A stretch of 64,000 bases of DNA. It comes from Candidatus Latescibacterota bacterium (lineage in GTDB: Bacteria; Latescibacterota; UBA2968; UBA8231). Shown here piece after piece: positions 44,885 through 54,478 of this stretch. The position numbers were made by a program, and so were the translations under genes. Where the stretch lies: assembly GCA_965215195.1 (NCBI GenBank), contig CBDCDC010000002.1:448001-512000 (forward strand), in the 5' to 3' direction. Position 1 is the first letter of the stretch. Each line of letters opens with the position of its first letter. The notes beneath the pieces were generated by a model. It saw only the letters and a list, made by a program, of their open reading frames with translations, had not been told where the DNA came from and did no database searches.

Positions 44885-47431
44885 TCAGGAAGTTTCGTAG
44901 GGTCCAAGAAATCGGTTCCCATCGAAATGGATGATATGCGTTGGTGTTTCCGCAACCCATACCTCAGTTTCCCAAGAGATCTCAGTTATATACTTTCCCA
45001 TTGTCGTGCGATCCGGAAAGGCCGTAACATATACTAAACCGGGTATAGCCTTGGCAAATAACGTAGAAAGTTCACGGTGTCTTTTGCTATTTACAGGCCC
45101 ATGGGTTGTCACAGCCTCAATTAAAAAAAGCCAATTTTTCTCCTGATAATAGAGCACTACGTCCGGCATTTTGCCATGTTCATCTACCTCAACTCCCAGT
45201 TCCAACAACCTGCTTTGTTGCAAGTAGCCGATTTTGCTTCCCGTATCGCCCACGTAAATCACTTTGCTTCCTGGGGCATATCGAGGAGCGAATTCGACGA
45301 TAATATCTTTAATCAGCTTGCTGTGTGTACCAGGAGTGAGAGCAATTTCGTAGTCCTTTTCAACCTCTACGGGGATCATCTGCATTCTTCGCTGCATCGC
45401 ATAAAGTTGAGCTAGGGTTTCTCGTTCTTCTAAATATGAAGAAAGAGTTTGGTTCCACTGGTCTGTTCCATAGGTGAGAATGACTGCAAAAATTTCCGCA
45501 CTGATCTGATAACATGCTTTGGGACTATTTACGGGACGACTTGGTTCGTCTGGGTTATACAGTGCGATGCCCGCTTCGACAAATTGGTGCATGGTTTGAC
45601 GGCGGAAAGTTTCACGAGTATTGGGCGCGTACTCTTTGCCGTAGAAAGCCCGACAAAATTCCATGATAGGGGTGATACCCATCAGTGGTTGTTCCAGTTC
45701 TTGCCAGCTTCCATCTGGTTTGAGGTTCAAAATGGCAAGCAGTGTCAGTGCGGAACGTTCGTTTTGCTGGCCTCTGGGAAGGCCGAAGTTCCGCAAGAGA
45801 TTTAGTGCATCATCTATTTTCTGCTGCGCTTGGATTGGATCAATCATGGATTTCTTTCCCATTCTACTGACTTCTTGGTTGACCAGATGATCGATATCTT
45901 TTTGTAACGGAATCTTATCTTTGGCCAGAGAACCAAATTTGGCTAAGGTCTCTAGGCTTGGATAATGAATTGCCCTGAGATCTGCAGAATTGACTTGTGT
46001 GTGGCCATTAAATTGGCGGAAGTATTTATCGACTAGGGTGCAATTTAAATAGACGGCCAGCCCCAAGGCTATCTCTTTAGATAATCCCTGCTTTTGTCGA
46101 TGGAATACGTTTAGGTGATTTTCAAAGCCGACTTTACGGGCAGGTAGGGATGAATCGTAGATTGCTGCTACAATGCGCCTTCGTTCTTCTTTGGCAGTAA
46201 AGCGTTTGGTCACCACATAGTGGCCATTATTAGACCAAAGCCACTTTTCAGAATCAGATGTAATAGTAATAGCATTGGGCTTCTTCCCATCCTTGGGCCA
46301 TGTCAGTCCATCGGCATCAAAATGGGCAGGATAAAGCAAGGGTGCCGTACCTGGCTCGGGTTTCTGGCGCAAATGTTCTTTCAGTCTAAAATCTACTAGG
46401 GGACCAGTGGATATTTCGATGCCTAAATCTTCTAGCGCATAATTAAATACTGAAATCCGATCTACTACATGCTGTTCAAAATCAGTAGTGGCTATATGGA
46501 TAAATTTCTCTGGATCGTCGGGTTTGACAACGCTGGTATAGGGGGCCGTCCTCTGGGTCATATCCTCTACGATCATTTCTCCGCACTCCTTGGAGAATTC
46601 TACACTATGACTTGAGGTGATTCTGACAGTTCCTAAGGCAGCTCCTTTTACCGCATGGAAGATTATATTTTCCTGCAGTACCTCATCGTCCTTAAATGCA
46701 CGAGCACGAGATTCAAATACATGAAAACGCTTGATCGTCATCTGTTCGAGTAAAAATCTGCGAAAAGATTTGAAGTACGGACCATTACAGAACGAACGAG
46801 GTACGATGGCTACAAGCTCACCCCTTGGTCTTAGCATCTCGATAGCGATTGTTAGAAATCCTGCATATAAATTTGAGATTTCTACACCCACGTCTTGCAG
46901 CCATTTTCTATGTGGAGAATTGGAACGGATTTTTTTATAGGGAGGGTTCATGATTACATGCGTGAAGGATTCCTTAGCTGGAGGACACTGAAATAGGTCA
47001 TTTGCCAGTTGTTTCGCTCCTTCTTCGATAAAATCTCCAATTTCAATTCTCTCTTGAAGGTCGATTCCGTTGTCTTGGCACAGCCGGCGACAGTGGGTAA
47101 GCGTAGATTGTAGATACTCAATCATCGTCGGCTCTAATTCGTAAGCCTTGATATAAATCTTCTGGAGGTGAGTAGTACGAGAGCAAAATTCCTCAACAAA
47201 AGCGGCTGTTAAGGAACCAACTCCGGCACCGGCATCCAAAAGGCGGATCTGACCGTACTCGACAGCGTCAAAAAATGAGGCCATAAACCGAGCAATGGGG
47301 GCAGAAGTCAGAAACTGCCCCATTTCCCAACGTTTCTTGGGAACTAATTTCCGGGATATATCCAAGCGATAGCTTTCTGCTAGTTCGGTTGCAGATGCAG
47401 TCTCGCTTTGACTTAAGTTGATACTATTCAT
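44885..47431 (-). CDS. Fused N6-adenine methyltransferase + BsuBI/PstI-family type II restriction endonuclease
   Basis: 'GQFLT', 'LLDAGAGVG', 'NPPY', 'PRSFCNG'; C-terminal 'YAPNTRETFRRQTMHQF', 'HGKMPDVV..IEAVTTHGP', 'ISWETEVW'. Confidence 0.9.
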   Translation of the reverse strand: MNSINLSQSETASATELAESYRLDISRKLVPKKRWEMGQFLTSAPIARFMASFFDAVEYGQIRLLDAGAGVGSLTAAFVEEFCSRTTHLQKIYIKAYELEPTMIEYLQSTLTHCRRLCQDNGIDLQERIEIGDFIEEGAKQLANDLFQCPPAKESFTHVIMNPPYKKIRSNSPHRKWLQDVGVEISNLYAGFLTIAIEMLRPRGELVAIVPRSFCNGPYFKSFRRFLLEQMTIKRFHVFESRARAFKDDEVLQENIIFHAVKGAALGTVRITSSHSVEFSKECGEMIVEDMTQRTAPYTSVVKPDDPEKFIHIATTDFEQHVVDRISVFNYALEDLGIEISTGPLVDFRLKEHLRQKPEPGTAPLLYPAHFDADGLTWPKDGKKPNAITITSDSEKWLWSNNGHYVVTKRFTAKEERRRIVAAIYDSSLPARKVGFENHLNVFHRQKQGLSKEIALGLAVYLNCTLVDKYFRQFNGHTQVNSADLRAIHYPSLETLAKFGSLAKDKIPLQKDIDHLVNQEVSRMGKKSMIDPIQAQQKIDDALNLLRNFGLPRGQQNERSALTLLAILNLKPDGSWQELEQPLMGITPIMEFCRAFYGKEYAPNTRETFRRQTMHQFVEAGIALYNPDEPSRPVNSPKACYQISAEIFAVILTYGTDQWNQTLSSYLEERETLAQLYAMQRRMQMIPVEVEKDYEIALTPGTHSKLIKDIIVEFAPRYAPGSKVIYVGDTGSKIGYLQQSRLLELGVEVDEHGKMPDVVLYYQEKNWLFLIEAVTTHGPVNSKRHRELSTLFAKAIPGLVYVTAFPDRTTMGKYITEISWETEVWVAETPTHIIHFDGNRFLGPYETS

Positions 47432-47685
47432 AAATGTTTAAAGAATTGGTGCGAGAGGGAATGCCCTTAAATTTAGGGCGTCCTATTGAGCTGATTCTCG
47501 TTTTTGCTGAGCAAGATACGGTCGCGTCAAAATTAGGCGATTGGGGAAGGCGGGTCAACGATCTTCATAAGCACTCTTCCGCTATACAGTCCTCTTTCAA
47601 GGCGGCTTGCCCTTTACATCCCTAGGGTCATAGATTGACCAGAGCATTTAGCGTCCCCATAACGACACTCAGGAGCTTGTCATCC

Positions 47686-48726
47686 ATGACTGACCCGATC
47701 AAAATCGCCGTGCTGGGCATGGCCCACGACCACTTGTGGGGCAACCTCAGAGAACTAGCCGCTCAGGAAGGAGCCCTTCTCGTGGGCGGTGCCGACCCCA
47801 ACCCCGCGCTGCAAGACCGCTTCCGCGAGCGCACGGGCTGCGACGAGGTGTACGGCGAGTACGAAGCCCTGCTCGACGCGCAAACCGCGGACGCGGCCTT
47901 CGTCTTTTCGGCCACCGCGCATCACGCTCCCATCGTCGAGCTGTGCGCGGCCCGGGGCCTGCACGCGATGGTCGAAAAGCCCATGGCCGCCACCCTCGAA
48001 CAAGCCGACCGCATGCTGACTGCAGCCCAGCGCCACCAGATCGGTCTGATGGTCAACTGGCCCACGGCTTGGTCGCGGCCCTTGCACACGGCTCACCGCC
48101 TCGTCGGGGAAGGGACCATCGGGCGGCTGTGGCAGCTCACTTGGCGCGGCGGCCACTGCGGCCCGGACGAATTGGGCTGCTCGGACGAATTCTGCGGCTT
48201 CCTCTTCGATCCCCAGCTCAACGGAGCCGGAGCCTTCAACGACTACAGCGGGTACGGGGCCAGCCTGTGCGTCCACTTTTTGGGCCGGCCGCACAGCGTT
48301 GTAGCCATGGCCGGCCGCCTGCTCAAGACCCACCTGCCGGTTGACGACAACGGCATTGTGCTGCTGCGCTACCCCCACGCCCTGTGCCGCTTGGAAATGA
48401 CTTGGACCGAAGCCGTGCCGCACGTGCCGCCCCACGACGTGGTGCTCTACGGCACCGAGGGGACTATAGTAGTGGGGAATCAGGTGACGGTGTACACCCG
48501 CCAGAACCGAGAGGGAACAGAGGCGGAGCTCGACGAATTGCCCGCCCCCCAGCGCAATGCGGCCGCTCACTTCCTCCACTGCATCCGCTCGGGCCAGTCG
48601 CCCCAAGGCACGACCCATGCCACCCAATCGCGCCACGCCCAAGAGATTATGGAAGCCGGCCTGCAGGCGGCCACCTCGGGCGTGGAGGTGAGCCTGCCCA
48701 TTGAAGGCCATTTGTTCCGCGCATGA
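47686..48726 (+). CDS. Gfo/Idh/MocA family oxidoreductase
   Basis: 'VEKPMA', 'GAGAFNDY'; AGGAG RBS before MTDPIK. Confidence 0.9.
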   Translation: MTDPIKIAVLGMAHDHLWGNLRELAAQEGALLVGGADPNPALQDRFRERTGCDEVYGEYEALLDAQTADAAFVFSATAHHAPIVELCAARGLHAMVEKPMAATLEQADRMLTAAQRHQIGLMVNWPTAWSRPLHTAHRLVGEGTIGRLWQLTWRGGHCGPDELGCSDEFCGFLFDPQLNGAGAFNDYSGYGASLCVHFLGRPHSVVAMAGRLLKTHLPVDDNGIVLLRYPHALCRLEMTWTEAVPHVPPHDVVLYGTEGTIVVGNQVTVYTRQNREGTEAELDELPAPQRNAAAHFLHCIRSGQSPQGTTHATQSRHAQEIMEAGLQAATSGVEVSLPIEGHLFRA

Positions 48727-48798
48727 AAGGTGCGTCGCTGGCCACCAACGGCACCTTCAACAGCGCGGAAGGTATTCGCTAACTCGACAGGAGACCTC

Positions 48799-49485
48799 AT
48801 GTCCACTTCCCACTGGCGCAATGTTTTGCACCACCACGACGAACCCGACGAGGCCATGCAGCGCATCGACGCCCGGGTCACGCCGCTGGAGGACCTACCC
48901 GAGGCGGTGCGCCACATCCGCGCCCTGATCGCGCGCTTCGACTCCCTGACTCACTATCGGGCCTTTGACAACCTCAACCTGCTGGTCCGCGCCATTGGCG
49001 ACGGCACTTATCCGGGCCGACCGGCCGTGGATGTGCTGGCCCGGGCGTGGGAACTAGACGACCAGCGCCGGAGCCGGGCCAAGACCTATGTGCAAATTTT
49101 GCAAGCCTGGTCCGCAGGCAAGCCTGTGGAAGAAGCGCAGCAGGTGGCTGGCGATGCGGAACGGTGCGCCGAGTTGTACGGCATTTTAGGTCCGTTTGCA
49201 GAGCACAAGGCTTGGTTGGCTGCCTCCTTAGCCCATACTCTCAGGGCCTTTGCCTACGAGGCCCAAGACTTGCTCGACGAAGCGGCCGAAGCGGATTTTG
49301 TGCGCGGGGTCTATCGCGCCGCGCTCGATCGCGTCCCCTCGTCCGACGACTTGCAAAACCGCTTGGCCGAACTGGCCGCTGGCAAGAGCCGAGAGCATTT
49401 CATCCGCGAGATCTTCGACTCGGCCGAAAGCCGCCAGCGCCAACAGTGGCAGGTGCTGGACAAGCTGCACGCCGAGGGAGAATGA
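48799..49485 (+). CDS. Hypothetical protein with DUF4214-like C-terminal domain
   Basis: AGGAG RBS; 'FVRGVYRAALDR.P..GKSR..IFDSAE'. Confidence 0.65.
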   Translation: MSTSHWRNVLHHHDEPDEAMQRIDARVTPLEDLPEAVRHIRALIARFDSLTHYRAFDNLNLLVRAIGDGTYPGRPAVDVLARAWELDDQRRSRAKTYVQILQAWSAGKPVEEAQQVAGDAERCAELYGILGPFAEHKAWLAASLAHTLRAFAYEAQDLLDEAAEADFVRGVYRAALDRVPSSDDLQNRLAELAAGKSREHFIREIFDSAESRQRQQWQVLDKLHAEGE

Positions 49486-49600
49486 GCGGTGCTAGGCGCG
49501 GATGATCGCCAAAAGGACGTTTTGCAACGTGGATAAATCCCCCAAAAAGTGCTCGAAGCTAGTGCTTTTGTTTGTCTAAACTATTCCAAGGAGGTTTGTC

Positions 49601-49801
49601 ATGCGTTTAATGCGCTTGTTGTTCAGTGTGGTCTCTATGCTGCTGTTGGCAAGTTCTGTTTACGGCCAAGCGATGAACAGGATTATCTTTGGATCAGACC
49701 GCGACGGTACGCCTGAGATCTATGTGATGGATGCGGATGGGACCAATCTAGTCCGACTCACTACGGACGCTTGGGTGCAGATTAAATCCAAAGCGCATTG
49801 A
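49601..49801 (+). pseudogene. Collapsed TolB-like protein (signal peptide + one repeat + C-terminal WxxIK tail)
   Basis: AAGGAGG RBS; 'IIFGSDRDGTPEIYVMDADGTNLVRLT' followed directly by 'AWVQIKSKAH'. Confidence 0.65.
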
Positions 49802-49891
49802 CGAGAGAGAATACCCATTTGCTGCCGCCGCGCGAGGGCCTGAAGCAGCGTGGTGTAGCCCTAACCTAAGATCGCAAATTAGGAGGGACTC

Positions 49892-50722
49892 GTGATCATC
49901 GACACTCATCTGCACGTGTGGAGCGACGACGCGGAGCGCTATCCCTTTGCCGCGGGCCGGACTCAGGTGGGCGGTGGATCCGTGGAATTACTCAACCAGA
50001 CCATGGACGAGGTTGGGGTCGATAAAGCGGTCATTGTGCAGCCGATTCACTATTTGTTCGACAACCGCTACGTGGCCGACTGCCTGCGCCGCTTTCCGGG
50101 CCGCTTTGCCGCCATTGGCTTGGTCGATCCCAAGACCCCGGACGCGCCCGACCGGCTAGAAGATCTGGTGCGCGAGGATGGTTTTGGCGGCTTGCGCATT
50201 CACTCGTCGCGGCTCAACCACCCTTCGGAATGGGCCGCCCCGGACCAAGATCCGCTGTGGCGGCGGTCGGAGGAGTTGGGCACTTGTTTTATCGTCCACG
50301 GCCCGGCCGCCAATCTGCCCCACCTAGAGCCCATCATCGGTCGCTTTCCCCAAGTGCCGGTAGTGCTGGACCACATCGGCGGGGCGCCGACTGATGAGGA
50401 ATCGCCCTTTCCGCTGTTGAGGCACGTGCTCAACTTGGCGCGCTTTCCGAGGGTGTACGTGAAATTCACCCCGCAGGCGCACAAGTCCAAGTTGCCCTTT
50501 CCGCACGCGGATACGTTCCCCACCTTCCGCCGCATGTACGACGCCTTTGGGCCGCAACGGCTGATGTGGGGAACCAATTTCCCCGGCGCGATGAAAGGGG
50601 TGGGGTACGGGCCGGCCTTGGAGATGTTCCGCGACCACGTCGATTTTCTCACCGACGACGACAAGGCGTGGCTCTTCCACCGCACGGCTTTGCAGGTGTG
50701 GAGCTTCAAGGGGGCAGAGTAG
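49892..50722 (+). CDS. Amidohydrolase_2 family protein
   Basis: 'IIDTHLHVW', 'VLDHIG', 'RLMWGTNFP'. Confidence 0.9.
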   Translation: MIIDTHLHVWSDDAERYPFAAGRTQVGGGSVELLNQTMDEVGVDKAVIVQPIHYLFDNRYVADCLRRFPGRFAAIGLVDPKTPDAPDRLEDLVREDGFGGLRIHSSRLNHPSEWAAPDQDPLWRRSEELGTCFIVHGPAANLPHLEPIIGRFPQVPVVLDHIGGAPTDEESPFPLLRHVLNLARFPRVYVKFTPQAHKSKLPFPHADTFPTFRRMYDAFGPQRLMWGTNFPGAMKGVGYGPALEMFRDHVDFLTDDDKAWLFHRTALQVWSFKGAE

Positions 50723-50741
50723 GCACTAGCTGAAATGCCTT

Positions 50742-51047
50742 TTATCTCGCCTCCAGACGGGGTTGCACTTCTCGCTCCAAGCGATCAGATAGTTCGTCTG
50801 CGGCTACGTCTAGCGCATAGTCCATTTGCAGACCCATCCAGAATTGGGGCGACATGCTGAAGTAGCGCGCCAGTCGCAGCGCGGTATCAGCCGTAATGCC
50901 TCGTTTTCCCAAGACGATTTCGTTGATGCGTCGAGGCGGTACGCCGATGGCGAGCGCGAGGCGGTTTTGGCTGAGCTTCATCGGCTTGAGGAATTCTTCC
51001 AACAAGACTTCTCCTGGGTGAACAGGAGCTAATTTCTGAGTACGCAT
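50742..51047 (-). CDS. higA: HigA antitoxin
   Basis: 'PVHPGEVLLEEFL', 'ITADTALRLARYF..FWMGLQ'. Confidence 0.93.
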   Translation of the reverse strand: MRTQKLAPVHPGEVLLEEFLKPMKLSQNRLALAIGVPPRRINEIVLGKRGITADTALRLARYFSMSPQFWMGLQMDYALDVAADELSDRLEREVQPRLEAR

Positions 51048-51057
51048 AGGTCTTTTC

Positions 51058-51339
51058 CTAGTGATAATCTACGATCTCAACGTCGTAGGCATCGCCATTT
51101 CGCCACGTGAAACAAATGCGCCACTGGTCATTGATTCGAATACTGTACTGGCCTGCCCGATCGCCACGGAGTTTTTCGAGGCGATTAGCCGGTGGCGCTC
51201 GGAGATCAGCTAGTGTAGTTGACCGATTGAGCATGCGGAGTTTGCGAACGGCGGTTTGTTGAATATCGCCGGGTAGCTTGCGGGATCGAATGCGTTGGAA
51301 TATCCGTTCGGTTTCTCGATCTCTAAAGGACCGTATCAT
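51058..51339 (-). CDS. higB: HigB toxin (RelE family)
   Basis: 'MIRSFRD', 'PPANRLEKLRGDRAGQYSIRINDQWRICF..VEIVDYH'. Confidence 0.93.
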   Translation of the reverse strand: MIRSFRDRETERIFQRIRSRKLPGDIQQTAVRKLRMLNRSTTLADLRAPPANRLEKLRGDRAGQYSIRINDQWRICFTWRNGDAYDVEIVDYH

Positions 51340-51352
51340 GTGTATAAGTATA

Positions 51353-51367
51353 TAACGCTTAGCGTTA
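51353..51367. promoter_or_regulatory. Palindromic operator upstream of higBA
   Basis: TAACGCT-T-AGCGTTA perfect inverted repeat. Confidence 0.65.
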
Positions 51368-51526
51368 AACGACAACTATTTTACGGCACAAAGCCGGTTC
51401 GGTATCAGGGCACAGAGGCGGCCATTGCGCGTCGGTTCAATCGGTTGGATATTGAGCGAGTGATTGACCTGTTTTGCCGGCTAGAGTATTATTAAATCGT
51501 CGCTGTGGTAATACCTAAGAGGAGCA

Positions 51527-51766
51527 ATGAATACTATCTCGCTGAAGGTGCCCGATCCGCTTGCGGCCGAACTCGCTGAGATGGCGCAGCGGAGGGGCGT
51601 GAGCAAGTCGGCGCTGATTCGCGAGGCGCTGGAGGCGTACCTGCAAACGGACGGAGCTGAACCAGCCGGTTCGGCCCTGTCGCAGGTAGCCGATCTCAGG
51701 GGCATACTTTCCGGGCCTGAAGACCTGTCTGCGAACAAGGACTATCTGCGGAAATTCGGCCGTTGA
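51527..51766 (+). CDS. Ribbon-helix-helix (CopG-like) antitoxin
   Basis: 'TISLKVP..RGVSKSALIREALEAYL'; coupled to the PIN gene. Confidence 0.85.
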   Translation: MNTISLKVPDPLAAELAEMAQRRGVSKSALIREALEAYLQTDGAEPAGSALSQVADLRGILSGPEDLSANKDYLRKFGR

Positions 51767-52182
51767 TAAAGAAAGTCATTCTCGACACAGGGCCGCTGGT
51801 CGCGCTGCTGAATCGCCGCGACCAGCATCATCGCTGGGCCAAGGACCAGTGGGCGCACATAGCTCCGCCCCTGTTCACCTGCGAAGCGGTCTTGGCGGAA
51901 GCCTGCTTCCTCGTCCAACCATTCGCCGGAGGGCAGGCGGCCGTGCTCGAGTTGGTCCGGCGCGGCGTTGTTGACCTATCGTTTTGTCTGGTCGAAGAAA
52001 CAGTGGCTATTTCGCGGTTGCTAAAAAAATACCGAGACGTTCCCATGTCCCTAGCGGACGGCTGTATCGTCCGGATGTCCGAACGCCATGCTAAAGGGGT
52101 CGTCTTCACTTTGGACCGCGATTTTGCGATTTACCGAAAGAACGGGCGTCAACTTATTCCAACGTTGGCACCGGCCCCATGA
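51763..52182 (+). CDS. vapC: PIN-domain toxin (VapC family)
   Basis: 'ILDTGPL', 'EAVLAE', 'MSLADG', 'FTLDRDF'. Confidence 0.88.
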   Translation: MIKKVILDTGPLVALLNRRDQHHRWAKDQWAHIAPPLFTCEAVLAEACFLVQPFAGGQAAVLELVRRGVVDLSFCLVEETVAISRLLKKYRDVPMSLADGCIVRMSERHAKGVVFTLDRDFAIYRKNGRQLIPTLAPAP

Positions 52183-52269
52183 GCACCTTCTTCCGGGATG
52201 CGCCAAGAAAGGTTGGCGTAGCGAATTCAAATCGACGTTAACAACGCGTTTCTAAGAGGAGGGAACCGT

Positions 52270-53574
52270 ATGAGAATGCGGATGTGCGGGCTGGCGGCGG
52301 CCCTGCTGCTGGCGGTGCAAATGGGCCGCGCCGAAGATAAAAAGATCACCATCTGGTGGGCGCAATGGGATCCGGCCGCGGCCCTACAAGAGCTGGGGCA
52401 CGAGTTCGCCCAAGAGACCGGGATTGCCGTTGAGGTGTACCAGATTCCCTGGCCGGCCTATCAGGACCAAGTCTTTCTCAATTTCGGCAACAAGCAGACC
52501 GACTTCGACATCGTCGTGGGCGACAGCCAATGGATCGGCCGCGGCGCGACCAAGGGGCTGTATCTGGAGCTGACCGATTGGCTGCCCGAGGCCGTTGACG
52601 TGGGCGCTATTCATCCGCGGGCCGCGCGCTATTTGTGCGAATACCCGCCGGGCAGCGGCCGCTTTTTCGCCGCGCCCTGTCAGACGGATGCCATTGGCTT
52701 TGTCTATCGCCGCGACTGGTTTACCGACCCGGCCGAGCAGGAGGCGTTTGCCGCTCGCTACGGCCGGCCGCTCGCTGTGCCCGACACGTGGGAGGAATTC
52801 CGCGACGTGGCCGAATTTTTCCACCGCCCGCAGCAAAAGCGCTATGGCTGTTCCCTGCTGACGGGCCGGGGCTACGACTCCATCGTCATGGGCTTTCAGC
52901 CCTTTCTGTGGGCTTGGGGCGGTGCTTGGGGCGACCCGCAGACCTACAAGGTGCAGGGCCACCTCAACGCAGCCGGGGCCGTGGCCGGGCTGGAGTTTTT
53001 CAAGTCCCTGCTGCAATTTGCGCCCGCAGGCGGCACGAACGCCGATTACTTCTTCAATCTAGAGGCCTTTTCCAACGGCTCCACGACCATGGTCTTGGAC
53101 TACTTCCCGTTCTATCCGGGAATCGTCGCCAGCATGGGCGACCAGGTCGGCTTCTTCAAGGTGCCGCGCCACGGCGACCAGCGCGTCATCTCGCTGGGTG
53201 GGCAGGGCTTTAGCATTTCGACCAAGACCGCGCCGCAAAAGCAGGAATGGGCCAAGCAGTTTATCGCTTGGTTTTCCCAGACCGCCATTCAGAAGAAGTG
53301 GATATCCTATCCTGGCTCGTTCACGGCCAATACCAAGCTGCTGGCGAGCGCGGAATTTGCCGCGGCCGCGCCGTATAACGCCGCGTTTGCCGCGTCGCTG
53401 GATCACTTGCAGGACTTTTGGAACGTGCCGGTGTACAACGAGCTGTTGGCCGCGGCCGTGCGCCACTTGGGCGCGGCCCTCGACGGGACGAGCGCGAGTG
53501 CAGACGCCCTCAACGCGCTGGCCGCTGAGCACGAGATGATTCTGATGGAAGCGGGCTTGCTAGAAATGGAATAG
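52270..53574 (+). CDS. Sugar ABC transporter substrate-binding protein
   Basis: Signal peptide; 'YRRDWF', 'PDTWEEF', 'LGGQG'. Confidence 0.88.
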   Translation: MRMRMCGLAAALLLAVQMGRAEDKKITIWWAQWDPAAALQELGHEFAQETGIAVEVYQIPWPAYQDQVFLNFGNKQTDFDIVVGDSQWIGRGATKGLYLELTDWLPEAVDVGAIHPRAARYLCEYPPGSGRFFAAPCQTDAIGFVYRRDWFTDPAEQEAFAARYGRPLAVPDTWEEFRDVAEFFHRPQQKRYGCSLLTGRGYDSIVMGFQPFLWAWGGAWGDPQTYKVQGHLNAAGAVAGLEFFKSLLQFAPAGGTNADYFFNLEAFSNGSTTMVLDYFPFYPGIVASMGDQVGFFKVPRHGDQRVISLGGQGFSISTKTAPQKQEWAKQFIAWFSQTAIQKKWISYPGSFTANTKLLASAEFAAAAPYNAAFAASLDHLQDFWNVPVYNELLAAAVRHLGAALDGTSASADALNALAAEHEMILMEAGLLEME

Positions 53575-53581
53575 GGGCAGC

Positions 53582-54478
53582 GTGCGGGGTAGAACGGGCC
53601 GGTGCTGCGACTGGACGCAATATGCGTTTGTGGGGCCGGCCCTCATTTTGCTCATTGGCGTGAATGTCTTCCCACTGCTGTACAGCATCGCCCTCAGCTT
53701 CACCAATGTGGACTTGGTCGGCGGGACGTGGAAATTCGTGGGGGGATTTAACTATGCCGTGGCCTTCAAGTTTGCCCAATACGGGGCTGCGCTGCGGACG
53801 ACCGCGCTCTTTGTGGGCGCGGCCGTAGCCGTGGAACTGGTCTTGGGCTTTGCCTTGGCACTGGCGCTCAAAGATCGCTTCAGGGGCCGGGCGTTTGCCC
53901 TGACCGCGCTTTTGCTGCCGATGATGTTGCCGCCGGCCGTGATCGCGCTCTTTTGGAAGCTGGTGCTCAACGGGCACTACGGCATTCTCAACCAATGCCT
54001 CGGTGCGCTGGGGTTGGGCCAACCCCAGTGGATTACAGACCCGGACCTCAAGCTCCTGTCGATTTTGCTGGTCGACGTGTGGATGTGGACGCCGTTTATG
54101 ATGCTGATTGCGCTGGCCGCGCTCAACGCCATCCCCGGCTACCTGTACGAGGCCGCGGCCATTGATCGAGCCTCGCGGTGGAAGGTCTTCCGCCGGATTA
54201 CCCTGCCTTTGTGTGCGCCGCTGTTGGGGCTGGCCGTGCTGCTGCGGGCCACGGACGCGCTCAAGCAGTTCGATTTGGTCATGGCCATCACCGGCCCCAA
54301 CGACCCGGCCACGCAAACGGTGAGTGCGCTGCTCTATCAGGTGGTGTTCCGCGACGGCAAGGTGGGGCTGGGCGCGGCGTATTCGTACGTGGTGCTGGTG
54401 CTGGTGATCGCGCTGGCTAGTGTGTTTGTGCGCTACGTGAGCGCGGTGCAGCGGCGCGAGGAAGCCGGGGGGCGATGA
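53582..54478 (+). CDS. Sugar ABC transporter permease
   Basis: 'DVWMWTPF', 'YEAAAID..ITLP'. Confidence 0.9.
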   Translation: MRGRTGRCCDWTQYAFVGPALILLIGVNVFPLLYSIALSFTNVDLVGGTWKFVGGFNYAVAFKFAQYGAALRTTALFVGAAVAVELVLGFALALALKDRFRGRAFALTALLLPMMLPPAVIALFWKLVLNGHYGILNQCLGALGLGQPQWITDPDLKLLSILLVDVWMWTPFMMLIALAALNAIPGYLYEAAAIDRASRWKVFRRITLPLCAPLLGLAVLLRATDALKQFDLVMAITGPNDPATQTVSALLYQVVFRDGKVGLGAAYSYVVLVLVIALASVFVRYVSAVQRREEAGGR

